Positions 1 through 10,924 of a stretch of DNA of 64,000 nucleotides are shown here, piece after piece. Under the pieces are notes generated by a model. The model was not told the DNA's origin, did no database searches, and saw only the letters and a list, made by a program, of their open reading frames with translations. Position 1 is the stretch's first letter; each line of letters begins with the position of its first letter. The DNA is taken from NCBI RefSeq assembly GCF_001194135.2, contig NC_068993.1, positions 53,532,017 to 53,596,016 of the forward strand, read 5' to 3'. Position numbers and translations under genes: made by a program. The stretch comes from Octopus bimaculoides (lineage: Eukaryota).

Positions 1-81
1 ATTGCGTACAAGGTATGTATGTACGTGTGTAATCTATATACTGAAAATCTCTTTTTATAATTTGTAATATTAAATCCAATT

Positions 82-295
82 AGGGTGGTGAGTTGGCACA
101 ATTGTTAGCATCTCAGGCAAAATGCTCAACAGTATTTCATCTGTCTTTTCAAATTCCACCAAGGTCAGCTTCACCTTTCATCCTTTTGGGGGTCAATAAA
201 ATAAGTACCAGTTACGCACTGGGGTTGATGTAATTGACTTTCCCCCTTCCCCCAAAAAATTTGGCTTTTTGCCAGAATCTGAAACCAGTATTAAA
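82..295 (+). mobile_element. tRNA-headed SINE family A (degenerate)
   Basis: Head plus the family central block CCTTTCATCCTTT(C)GGGGTCGATAAA..AAGTACCAGTT, shared by >15 copies in the window; the block resembles my recollection of the MetaSINE domain (unverified). Confidence 0.75.
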
Positions 296-576
296 TCCAA
301 TTGATTGGTATCATATATGCTATTTATCTGATGGTATGATATGAATAAATAAAATTTTCTTATTCAGTTTTGTTGAGGGTCATTACATCCCTTCTAACAA
401 GATATCTGACTTACTACGACCTGTATGTTTTGTATTTAACAACTGTTTCATTAAAACTCTCTTGATATCAGCTCTTTAGTAATGCACACCTGATATTTAA
501 GGATATTTTTAAAATAGCTTATTTGATGCATTTTGTTGGAATATTTACTTATTTATTTAATTATTTCTGATTTCAG

Positions 577-673
577 GTGAAAACAACATCTCCAGAGAAG
601 TTTCGAGTACGGCCCAGCGGTGGTGTGGTCAGACCTGGCTCTCCTGTTACGGTCAATGTTCATATTCAGCCAG
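577..673 (+). CDS. MOSPD2: MOSPD2-like, internal coding exon (MSP domain); gene begins upstream of window
   Basis: tttcag|GTG...CCAG|gtttgt; translates VKTTSPEKFRVRPSGGVVRPGSPVTVNVHIQP(G), matching the MSP-domain motif recalled from MOSPD2 (VRTTAPEKYRVKP); 97 nt, phase 0 to 1. Confidence 0.92.
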
Positions 674-1215
674 GTTTGTAACATTTACATATGATCTTAA
701 TAACAGGGTTGGTCAAATGACAAGAGCCTATGCCCTTCACAGGCCCTCGGAGACTGGTGGTGGTGGTGGGGGCGGTCAGTACTGTTTAGGTTTGAACATC
801 CTTAACTCTTACTCTATCAAATGTAATGCTTATTTATTTGTGTTGTTTTGAATTAATCGTACATCATCTTGTAGCTTTGAGATTTTGATGATGTAATTGT
901 TTATTTTTAGAATGACATTGTAGCATGGGTGTGAGAAGTGNNNNNNNNNNNNNNNNNNNNNNNNNNNNNNNNNGGGGGAAACCAGTTTAAACATTAAAGT
1001 GTTAAGTGGATGTCTGCAGAAAAAATACATCAACTTGGAGGGAATTACAAAGAGTTGATACTTAGAAGAAGGTTTGGGTTGAGTTGTAAGTTGTTAATTT
1101 CTTGTAAATAAATATTCTTTTATCTTTACTAACTGAAATGTCCAGTTGTTAAGAAGCTAGTATCCAGTTGCTAAATTAGTGACCAGTTAAGAAGCAAATA
1201 TCCAGTGGTTAGTCT

Positions 1216-1360
1216 GGTGTGTTTATTAAATATAATTGACTGCCGTATATGCAATTAGTGAGGTGTGTTTAGTAATATAATTGACCGTATATGCAATTAG
1301 TGAGGTGTGTTTAGTAATATAATTGACCATATATGCAATTAGTGAGGTGTGTTTAGTAAT
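1216..1360. repeat. 42-bp minisatellite, ~3.4 copies
   Basis: TAATATAATTGACCGTATATGCAATTAGTGAGGTGTGTTTAG near-identical units. Confidence 0.95.
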
Positions 1361-2030
1361 ACCATTGGTCATCATTTTACATCCCTTTTTGATTCTTGCA
1401 TGGGTTGGATGGATCTTTCTCTTGCAGACAACAACTGATTCCTCTAATTCTTACTTTTTCTCTCAACTCATTTGTGTTCTATCATTAATAAACACTAATA
1501 CTTCACATCCAGTGGAGCATGCAGACTTCATTTCTTTCCAGCCTATGCTCAATTTTCACTCCAATGCAATAACAGACTTTGTACGCATGAATCATACTAT
1601 TTACTCTTCATTTGAGAAGAGAACCTTTTTGTTGCCAGCAGAAGCATTAGCTTTTTGAACACCTTTCATACTCTGTTTATAATGTTTTTGGGAAAACTTA
1701 CCTCCACTGCTAATTAGCAATACCTTTGTAATGGATGTTGCTACTAATCTCCAATTTATGATGAGTGATACAGTATTTACCAGTTTTCACAACCAGCTCT
1801 TTGTTATGTATCCTGGTGAGAATAGAGTCTACCTAGGTTGCATGTTTGGAGGTGAGTGATTGGTTTCCTGAAGTTGTAATTGGTTAAGTTCATATGGCAT
1901 CACAGAACTCCAAGAATCTTAATCTTGCTTCACCTCATGTACCATCTTTAGTGAAATAAATGAGTATATTTAATGTAATATAATATAGTAATTATTGGTT
2001 TGTTTCATAAAATAGTTCACTTCTTTTCAG

Positions 2031-2151
2031 GTTTTGAAAACAAAATTCAGTCTGATAAGTTCCTGGTACGAGCAATGGAAGTAACTGATGAAAGCAAAGA
2101 TGTAGCAGAGCTGTGGAAGACGGTTCAAAGAGAATCTATTATGGAACACAG
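2031..2151 (+). CDS. MOSPD2: MOSPD2-like coding exon (MSP domain C-terminal half)
   Basis: cttttcag|GT...CACAG|gtatgt; (G)FENKIQSDKFLVRAMEVTDESKDVAELWKTVQRESIMEH(R), like recalled MOSPD2 QDRFLIM...FWKEVPRNKVMEHR; 121 nt, phases compatible. Confidence 0.92.
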
Positions 2152-2454
2152 GTATGTTAAATAATTTTCCCCTGATGACAGTTGGAATTACAGCTAAGCT
2201 AGAATTCTCCAGGTAATCTATTCTAACTACAGGTTATTATTATTACTATTTAGCCCCAAATCAAGCCTAATTCAATAGACCTATGATCAAAAGTAATCCA
2301 CCCATGACCATCTCATTATTTTCTTGAGGTTTCTGTATCTAGAAGTTCGTACTGTGTTTTCTGATACTGATTGGAGCAGTCTTTGGAGCATGGTCTTAAC
2401 CAGAACCTTCCTAGCAATAAACAAGAATGCAATACTCTAACGATTAGGACAAAG

Positions 2455-2541
2455 AGATCTGGCGTAGTAGTTAAAAGCGCAGGCTACTAACCTCAAGATT
2501 CCAAGTTCGATTCCAGGCAGTAATCTGAATAATAATAATAA
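2455..2541 (+). mobile_element. Family E tRNA-like head alone, ending in (AAT)n
   Basis: TGGCGTAGTAGTTAAAAGCGCAGGCTACTAACC...AAGTTCGATTCCAGGCAGTAATCTGAATAATAATAAT aligns with 5778-5870. Confidence 0.75.
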
Positions 2542-2777
2542 AAATATTATTAATGTGCTTTCAACGTTCCACTGGCACAAGTGCCAATCAAGCGGTAGTG
2601 TGATTGGCCACGTCACATACAAATAAATGCAAAGACAGGCATACATTCATAGGGATATGCAGAAATGAACTCGTCCCCATACTCACTTGAAGACAGTGGA
2701 TTTTATTTTATGATGAGCAAAATTTTTTTATTTTATGATTAGTAAACACTCAGATGTTGTAATTCTTTATTTTGCAG

Positions 2778-2850
2778 ATTACGTTGTATTATAAATTCTG
2801 AACCGGTTTGTTCCAAACCAGCCAATGACATCGCAACTTTAACAGAAAAG
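2778..2850 (+). CDS. MOSPD2: MOSPD2-like coding exon (end of MSP domain, linker)
   Basis: tttgcag|A...GAAAAG|gtttgt; (R)LRCIINSEPVCSKPANDIATLTEK completes the EHRLRC motif; 73 nt, phase 2 to 0. Confidence 0.9.
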
Positions 2851-3684
2851 GTTTGTGCCATGACTTTCTTTTACTGTCTCTTCTTTCTGCTTCATTGACT
2901 CTGTCACCCTCCCTCTCCCTCTGATAGCTCATTTATTGCATTGACCAAGGGAGGTAACTCCAGTCTTGCCTATCTTAATATACGTCGTGTTCGTAAGTTA
3001 CCTTTGTATCGAAATCGAGCTCCATCAATTAACTTCTTTCGAACAAATGAAGCCAACGTAGAAGTGTTCAGATGTTGCTAACAAACCTTCATTTGTTTGC
3101 TTGTTTCCCTATAAACTCTGCTGAACTATCCTTGTTTTTAATTTTTACTGAATTTTTTTTCAAATTGTAAAAGTAATTTAGGCGCATTCTGTAATTTACA
3201 AAAAAAGAAAAAAAGAAAAATGGGAGACCACTCATGTTAAGATTCTCAGTGAGTTTACCCTGAGGTAACCTCTCATCTTGTGTCGTTCATTGAAGTCCTA
3301 GGTCATAATTCTAAGGAGGACACTCTAAAATACATCAGATGGCTGCACCCGTTATTAAATATTGACATACTGATGTAGTCTGCCATAATGCTTGCTAAAG
3401 CTGTATACTTAAACTCATTATGTTGATGACTGTTGATCCACTACAACAGGCATTTCAGACGGAACCTGAGGAATTATTTAATTATTTTGAGGTGTAATAG
3501 TAAATGTATATATATTCATAAAATTGTAGCAGAGTGTTGTGAAAATTAATAAATTTGAGGGAAATAAAATGTGTGAGCTCATTCAGAAACAAATCCAAGA
3601 TTTCTGTTTTGGGGTCCTGAAATGATTATTGCTATACCAGTTTTTGGGTAGTAAATGTAATCTGCTTAGATATATGTATGTGTG

Positions 3685-3743
<59 letters not shown>

Positions 3744-4366
3744 AAAAGCACCATCCGAACGTGGCCGATGCCAGTGCTGCCTTGACTGGCTTCCGTGCCA
3801 TGTTAGGCTGAGATCTAGCATTCATCACAAAATAGTTTCTTTGTTATTCCAACACTGAAATTAGTACCAACCATTTCTATTGTTTGGCGAAATTTGTTCA
3901 GGTCATTTTTAATTAATTCATATCAAATTATCTCGACTATCTGTAGCTATCAGTAAGTAAGTTATTTAGTTTTGGCTTCATTCTTGTAATGGCTAAATTA
4001 GGATTAAATGATATATACATGTTTATAGTGTGGTACACGTGTGGAAGTGACAAAAGTTGGGTATCCATATATCACCACATGTACACCCAGACTCATATAC
4101 ATGCACATCAGCACAACTTAGTTAAATAACATAGCCAGGAAATTGTTTTATAAATATGAATTTTGAGAATTTTTCTTACAAATTTTTCTTTTTATTATAA
4201 AGTTCAACTTCAATTTGAATGAAACTTAAAATTATATTTTATGCATAATGTCATACTTTCAAAATGAAGTGAATAAATAAGCATTACATTTAACAAAGCA
4301 AACTGAATGCTAAAGGCTTAAACATAATTAATCAATTATTATTGTTATTGTCTTGTCTTTGTCCAG

Positions 4367-4534
4367 GTGGAAGTGCTCCAGTCAGCTGTCAGTCGCATTG
4401 AGAGACGCCAACAGCATGTCATCTTACTCCAGCTTGTTTTCCTCCTCGTCGTCATTCTTGCCATAGTTTCAGACTACTGGCAGTCTTTGTCTGCACCTCA
4501 AGATCACAAGTCAAAGTACTGTCAAGCTCAATGA
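4367..4534 (+). CDS. MOSPD2: MOSPD2-like terminal coding exon (short helical segment + transmembrane helix + stop)
   Basis: gtccag|GTG...TGA; VEVLQSAVSRIERRQQHVILLQLVFLLVVILAIVSDYWQSLSAPQDHKSKYCQAQ*; hydrophobic stretch of ~18 aa fits a tail anchor. Confidence 0.88.
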   Translation: MEVLQSAVSRIERRQQHVILLQLVFLLVVILAIVSDYWQSLSAPQDHKSKYCQAQ

Positions 4535-5682
4535 TTCCTGTCTTACGAATCGTCCGTCATTGGCTCCCTTTAGCTGTTCACAGCGGTTGTTGATGCATTA
4601 ACAACCTCGATATTGTTAATCCTCCCTCCCCATCCTACTGCCCACCTTTTCTGTTATTGATTAGCTGAGTAACGACCTCCAGAGTAAGTCATCAATCACA
4701 CTGGTTTGCTGAGGAACAACCCATGACGATTGTGGAACAAATTTGGCAGAACCGGTAGAGCTTCAGACAAAACAGTCTTGTGGTATTTAGTTATGGGCCT
4801 TTATGTTCTGTGTTCAAATCCCTTGAAGACCAACTTTGCCTTTCGTCCTTCCAGGGTCTGATAAAATAAAGTACAACTTAAGATCTGGGTTCCGTTTAAT
4901 TAATTATTTACCCTTCCACAAAATTTCTGGCCTTTTGTCTATACTAGAAATTATCAATTAATTAATTGATTAAAATAATTATTTTGATTTCGTGTACGAT
5001 TTAGGAATGGTTTACTGTGTACTATAGCTTCATCAATACTCTGTCATTGGAAAAGATGTTCATGATAGATTAATTATACATTCTAGAAAGATCTCACATG
5101 CCTATGGTATTTCATCTTCCTCACATTTCTAATTTTGTGCGCGCTAGCATATACACACACACACACACACACACACATGCATACATACGTACATACATCG
5201 GTGCATGCATAGTTGTGTCTAAATGTGCGTCAATACATGTATAAATTCACAAGTGTATGTATATCACACACACACACACACACATAATTATATCCATATG
5301 TACACAAATTCATAGTTGTTTTACATATATATATATATAATATGTATGTATGTATATCAACACACACACATACACACTTATATGCATACACATGCATACA
5401 TACATGTATACATCAACACAAGGCTGTGATAAGAGCTGTCTGTATGGTCCACTTTCCATGGAACTTCAGAGGGAAGAGATTCAGTGTGAACTAGTTAGGA
5501 GTTGGGGGGGGGGATATTGGGTTTTCTTCCATCAATTAGCAGCAGCAGCAGTAGTAGTAGAATTTGTCATTGTTACTACTCAAAATAGTGTCTTGTGATA
5601 GAAAGCAGGTTAGTCATCAGATTTAGTGGCAGAGAATGAGGATTTTGGTCCTCAGATGAAATGTTTTGGAGTAAATTAAGGA

Positions 5683-6027
5683 ATTCAGTTCTATATTTGA
5701 GAGATGAGGAATTATGTACATTATTTACATTTGACAGATATTTGTCTTGATCCTGTTTGTTGTTAACCACGGGCATATGGTGCAGTGGTTAAGAGCGCAG
5801 ACTACTAATTCCAAGATTCCGAGTTCGATTCCAGGTAGTGACCTGAATAATAATAGTAATAGTAATAATAATAATAATAATAATGACATTGGGAAAATAC
5901 CTTAGGAGTGAGAGCCAAGGTTCAAAATTTCCCCAGAACACCTGATGAAGGCTGGAGGGTATATCAGCTGAAACATTGTGTTAACAACAAAAAAGATGAG
6001 GACAAATATCCGTCAAATGTAAATAAT
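5683..6027 (+). mobile_element. Composite non-autonomous element (family E), copy 1: inverted tail + tRNA-like head + (AAT)n + hammerhead motif + tail
   Basis: A-box TGGTGCAGTGG 5778-5788; B-box GTTCGATTCC 5823-5832; CTGATGA..GAAAC core 5942-5974; 51-bp inverted arms 5717-5767/5980-6030; 12-bp direct repeat GTAAATTAAGGA at 5671-5682 and 6028-6039. Confidence 0.85.
5937..5982 (+). ncRNA. Minimal type I hammerhead ribozyme-like motif (degenerate copy)
   Basis: AACAC-CTGATGA-A-GGCTG-(10 nt)-CAGCT-GAAAC-ATT-GTGTT; stem I AACAC/GTGTT perfect; stem II GGCTG/CAGCT; stem III G mutated to A. Confidence 0.7.
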
Positions 6028-6034
6028 GTAAATT

Positions 6035-6310
6035 AAGGAGTTTAGTCATTAATTGGTGAGAGTACTGGGAAGTGTAGTCATAAAACGAAGTAGTGCAGTT
6101 AGTAGTCTTGTCATCAGATGAAGTGATGGGAGTACCAAGGAGTTTAGCCATGAAACAAAGTAAGTATTAGGGAGTTTAGTTGTTAAATGAAGAGATGGAA
6201 GCACTTGGGGAATTTAGTTATGAGTTGAGGTGGTGGGGATTCTAGGAAGATTATTCATTGGATGAATGACTTGAGTAATAGGGAGTTTAATATGATGGAA
6301 GAAAGAGTTG
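6035..6310. repeat. Degenerate ~38-40 bp minisatellite
   Basis: Recurrent (G/A)AGTAY..GGGAGTTTAGT..T.AA units; similar sequence at ~5590-5680. Confidence 0.6.
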
Positions 6311-6524
6311 TTGAAACAAATGTGATACTCATAATTTCTTAACACTGAATCATTAAATTGAAAACAATGTCTTGACTTCATTTAAGAGGATGGAAAGTTT
6401 TGTCCTCCACCTAAGAACTGCAGATTGATTAATTCATTAACATACTGAGCTGGACACAACTGTTACAATGGGACTGGCATTTTGGTCAGCTTAGACACTT
6501 TGGTTTGAAGTATATTTCTCTTTT

Positions 6525-6900
6525 GCTTACCAACCACATGGTTCCGGGTTCAGTCCCACTGCGTGGCACCTTGGGCAAGAGTCTTCTACTATAGCCTCGG
6601 GCTGACCAGAGCCTTGTGAGTGGATTTGGTAGATGGAAACTGAAAGAAGCCCAGCATGGAAAACAGATGTTAAATGATGATGATGATGATAGATATATGT
6701 ATGTGTGTGTGTCCCAACATCGCTTGACAGCCAGTGCTGTTTACATCCCCGTAACTTAGAGGTTTGGTAAAAGAGACTGATAGAATAAGTACTAGGCTTA
6801 CAAAGAATAAGTCCTGGGGGGTCGATTTGCTCGACTAAAGGCAGTGCTCCAACATGGCCGCAGTCAAAATGACTGAAACAAGTAAAAGAATAAAAGAATA
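6525..6900 (+). mobile_element. SINE family B (5' truncated)
   Basis: CCAACCACATGGTTCCGGGTTCAGTCCCACTGCGTGGCACCTTGGGCAAG..ATGGCCGCAGTCAAAATGACTGAAACAAGTAAAAGAAT. Confidence 0.85.
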
Positions 6901-7012
6901 TATGTGTGTGTGTGTGTGTGTTATTAATATCACCTAAAGAAGGGATTTCTTTTCCACTCACCAAAGTGAATGGAGTTCTGGCCAAGTGGAATTTATGTCA
7001 TCAGACCATACC

Positions 7013-7051
<39 letters not shown>

Positions 7052-7619
7052 TTATATATATATATGTATATATATAAGTAAGTGAATACCTCTATTTGGA
7101 TCCACGGCAAGGTTGGGAGCAATTATTTGTGACAGAAATTAAGTAACCAGCTCACTGAAAGCTTCTTTCTTAAGAAATTTCTGGAATAAACCTCTTAGTT
7201 ATCAATTGAACAATTCCAAATTAAAATCTACCAAGATATGTAATGGTACACTAGTTCTCATTTTACACACACACTCACACACACATACGCATGCACACAT
7301 GTGCACAGACATAGATGCATGTTTGTGTATATGTGTAAACATCTATATATACCTCCGAAACTCTTGACCACCATTCTGCATCTTATGACAGACTGGAAGT
7401 CAACTACGTGACCAACCATGCTGATAAACTTCAAATGAAAGAGGTATCGCTCCAACAACCAGAATCATCAGAGGAATGTCTAAATACAGAGACATGAAAC
7501 TCTGCATAATGGTATGCTGTTAGTTGGAACTGTAAAAACTATAACGCTATAAAATAAATATTTAATCTTAGCTTAAAGTATTGAGTTCTTTTTTTGTTGT
7601 TTACTTTGTTCCTAGTATT

Positions 7620-7810
7620 ACCATGTACATAACTACACTTATTAACTCTGTATGTATGTATATATATATATGTGTGTGTGTGAGAAAATATATATATAGA
7701 AATATACATATATATATATATACATACATTACGTATATATAAATATATATGTATGTATATATAGACATATATATATATATATACATTTATATATATTTAT
7801 ACATACACAC

Positions 7811-7904
<94 letters not shown>

Positions 7905-7960
7905 CATGCTTGCATATATATATATATATATACATACATGCTTGCATATATATATACGCA
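7620..7960. repeat. (TA)n/(TG)n microsatellite block, representative of many in the window
   Basis: Other pure tracts: (TA) 3691-3740, (ATAC) 23713-23770, (TATC) 24938-25007 and 39777-39855, (GT) 25239-25300, (CCAT) 33966-34042, (AAT) 46487-46545, (TCTG) 52184-52250, (AC) 52948-53025, (GA) 63046-63118, (ATT) 63907-64000. Confidence 0.97.
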
Positions 7961-9591
7961 GATAGATATATTGTAAGAATGTGCCAGTGATAAAGGTAGA
8001 TCATGGAAAACTTGGGTAAAATTTAAATCAGGTTTGGAAACTTTGGGGCCCCCAGGTGAGATGGTAAAGTGTGGGAATTCAATCCGCTGTTTTGTATGGT
8101 GAACTTCTCTGACCAGGACTTTATGGTAACAGGGTCTATAAAACTAATGATACACACATACACACACACAGAGTTTCTTTCACACCTTATTAGATATATT
8201 CTCACATGTATATGCTGTAAACAATTTTTTTTTTGCAAATGCCATATAGATGAAAGACTTGCTCAAGCTTTAATAGCACAAGTGAACAGCTAAATTAACT
8301 GTTTTTTTGTTTGTTTTTTTGTATTTGTACAGCAAGACTTGCATGCATTTTGACTTTGTGTACTCAACGTCAATCTCGTCTCGGTCTAGAGTGCTTTAGA
8401 GATTCCCCCCCGCCCCCCGGTGACCGCCACCACCACCACCACGCCATGGCAACGTACTAGACTGAAATATAAGTAAGTTTTATTGAAGAACAAGACCAAT
8501 GAATAATAATAATAATAATAATAATAAAGAAAAACAAAATTAAAAAATACAAAAAATATGCCAGGAAATCAAAATGTAAAAAAAAAACACATTGAATACT
8601 TGAGATTTTAATGCCTTATAGTGCAGTGAAAATGTTGTGAGGATACATGTGTGTCTATATATATATACACATATGTATATATGTGTGTGTGTATATATGT
8701 GTGTATATATATATATATATAATATTTGTTGGTTAATGCAAGTATGTATGTGTATACTGATGTAAAATATTTAAATATTTAGTTCAGTTAGGAAACTGAC
8801 TCCTCTCCATCCACCCACCCACCCAATCAACACCCAGGTCTGGTTATCCTCCCTCCTCCCTCGTCCTCACCATAATATTACCCCCTCCCCTCTACAACAT
8901 GTTTATATAGAATGGTGTATCATGGGTGCGAAAGGTGTAGAATCTGCCCACTTTATTATGGGAAAGGTATTTTAATAGAAACACGACAAAGTAAAAGATG
9001 GCAGAGGAGAAGAAGATGTTTTATTAAAAGTGTTTTCCAAAACCGCATCAATGATATTTATATAAATANNNNNNNNNNNNNNNNNNNNNNNNNNNNNNNN
9101 NNNNNNNNNNNNNNNNNNNNNNNNNNNNNNNNNNNNNNNNNNNNNNNNNNNNNNNNNNNNNNNNNNNNNNNNNNNNNNNNNNNNNNNNNNNNNNNNNNNN
9201 NNNNNNNNNNNNNNNNNNNNNNNNNNNNNNNNNNNNNNNNNNNNNNNNNNNNNNNNNNNNNNNNNNNNNNNNNNNNNNNNNNNNNNNNNNNNNNNNNNNN
9301 NNNNNNNNNNNNNNNNNNNNNNNNNNNNNNNNNNNNNNNNNNNNNNNNNNNNNNNNNNNNNNNNNNNNNNNNNNNNNNNNNNNNNNNNNNNNNNNNNNNN
9401 NNNNNNNNNNNNNNNNNNNNNNNNNNNNNNNNNNNNNNNNNNNNNNNNNNNNNNNNNNNNNNNNNNNNNNNNNNNNNNNNNNNNNNNNNNNNNNNNNNNN
9501 NNNNNNNNNNNNNNNNNNNNNNNNNNNNNNNNNNNNNNNNNNNNNNNNNNNNNNNNNNNNNNNNNNNNNNNNNNNNNNNNNNNNNNNNNNN

Positions 9592-9900
9592 TAAAAAGTA
9601 CCATTCGAGCATGGCTGATGCCAGTGCTGCCTGACTGGCCCCCATGCCGATGACATGTAAAAAGCACCATTTGAGCGTGATGGAAGCCAGTACCACCTGA
9701 CTGGGTCCTGTGCTGGTGGCACATAAAAAGCAACCACTACACTCTCGGAGTGGTTGGTATTAGAAAGGGCATCCGACTGTAGAAACATTGTCAGATCGGA
9801 TTGGAGCCTGGTGCAGCCTTCTGGCTCGCCAGCCCTCAGTCAAACCGTCCAACCCATGCCAGCCTGAAAAGCAGACGTTAAACGACGACGACGATGATGA
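9592..9900 (+). mobile_element. SINE-like repeat with V-domain-like block and (GAY)n tail, 5' end lost in gap
   Basis: Tandem ~66-bp AAAAGCACC..GCCAGT..TGACTGG modules, GAAAGGGCATCCGACTGTAGAAAC, AACCCATGCCAGC..GACGTTAAACGACGAC; partial copies at ~3740-3810 and ~37465-37540; V-SINE resemblance from memory. Confidence 0.7.
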
Positions 9901-9905
9901 ACTTT

Positions 9906-10092
9906 GAAGATGGTGAACTGGCAGAAACGTTCCTATGCTGGACAAAATGCTTGACAGTATTACTTTTGGCTTTTTACGTCGTGTGTTCAAATTCTGCCTA
10001 GGTTGACTTCTCTTTCATTGTTTCAGGGTCGACAAAAGAAAAGTAACAATCTTGACTCAAAATTTCAGGCTTTGTGTCACTAGCGTAGAAGG
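9906..10092 (+). mobile_element. SINE family A (degenerate)
   Basis: GAACTGGCAGAAACG..CAAAATGCTT..GTTCAAATT..GGGTCGAC; boundaries approximate. Confidence 0.7.
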
Positions 10093-10269
10093 GGCAGGGA
10101 AGGGGGGAGGTTCGGTCTTCCCCAGGTGACACCACTTTTGAGTCTGCTATAAGGTAATATATATGTTTTGTGAGGGCCCAGCTGGGTGGGTAGCAAATTG
10201 AAGGGTCACCTCGGGTAGCATGCTCTCTAACTATGCTAGTGCTTTGTGTCTATATTAGAAAGGTTTATT

Positions 10270-10450
10270 AGCCTGGCAGAAGCATTACTGTGCTGGACAA
10301 AATGCTTAGCTGCTTTTCTTCTGACTCTTAATGTTCTGAGCTCAAATTTTCCCAAAGTCAGCATTAATTAAAGAGCATTACGGTCAATGTGATTGGCTTA
10401 ACCCTCCCCTCTAAAATTGCTGGCTTTGTATCAAAATTTAAAACTTTTAT
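10270..10450 (+). mobile_element. SINE family A (degenerate)
   Basis: CTGGCAGAA..CAAAATGCTTAGC..GTTCTGAGCTCAAATT..AAAATTGCTGGC; boundaries approximate. Confidence 0.6.
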
Positions 10451-10539
10451 TAGCCTTGTGTTGCATTCTTCAGTTTCGGCCCAGGTAAACTAAACAACTT
10501 CAAGGGTTAGCAACCACCGAAAGGCTGTGATCGCAGATT

Positions 10540-10855
10540 TAACTAATGACTGACAGCAACCTCTGTGAGACAGCAAAAACTAATCTTTGACAAACTGTAT
10601 TCAATGGCAGACAGAATCCATTGGGACAAACTGTAACCACAGAGATAGACTGAAACCACTGACATAGTAACCACAGGTACAGACAAACCACTGACAGACT
10701 CTAGGTCTGAAACAGACTCTAAGCTCTCTGACTGTAACCTCAGAGACAATTCTGAGACAGAATGGTAACCACTGACGAAATGCAGCCACTGAGACTGATG
10801 CTGTGCAGCCTTTGACGGACTTTACTGGCAGATAGAAAGTGAACAGTAACTATTG

Positions 10856-10924
<69 letters not shown>

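Noticed and set aside
1216-1360. CRISPR-like array
   Set aside because: Contiguous tandem units without unique spacers, in a eukaryotic intron; no cas genes anywhere in the window.
5771-5845. tRNA gene calls for A/B-box sequences (also 46990-47045, 58225-58270, family A/B/D heads)
   Set aside because: No complete cloverleaf or acceptor stem; they continue into repeat bodies, so they are SINE heads.
8912-9788. ORFs of 200-370 aa spanning N runs (also near 23000, 42500, 44800, 57500)
   Set aside because: Artefacts of translating gaps and dinucleotide repeats.
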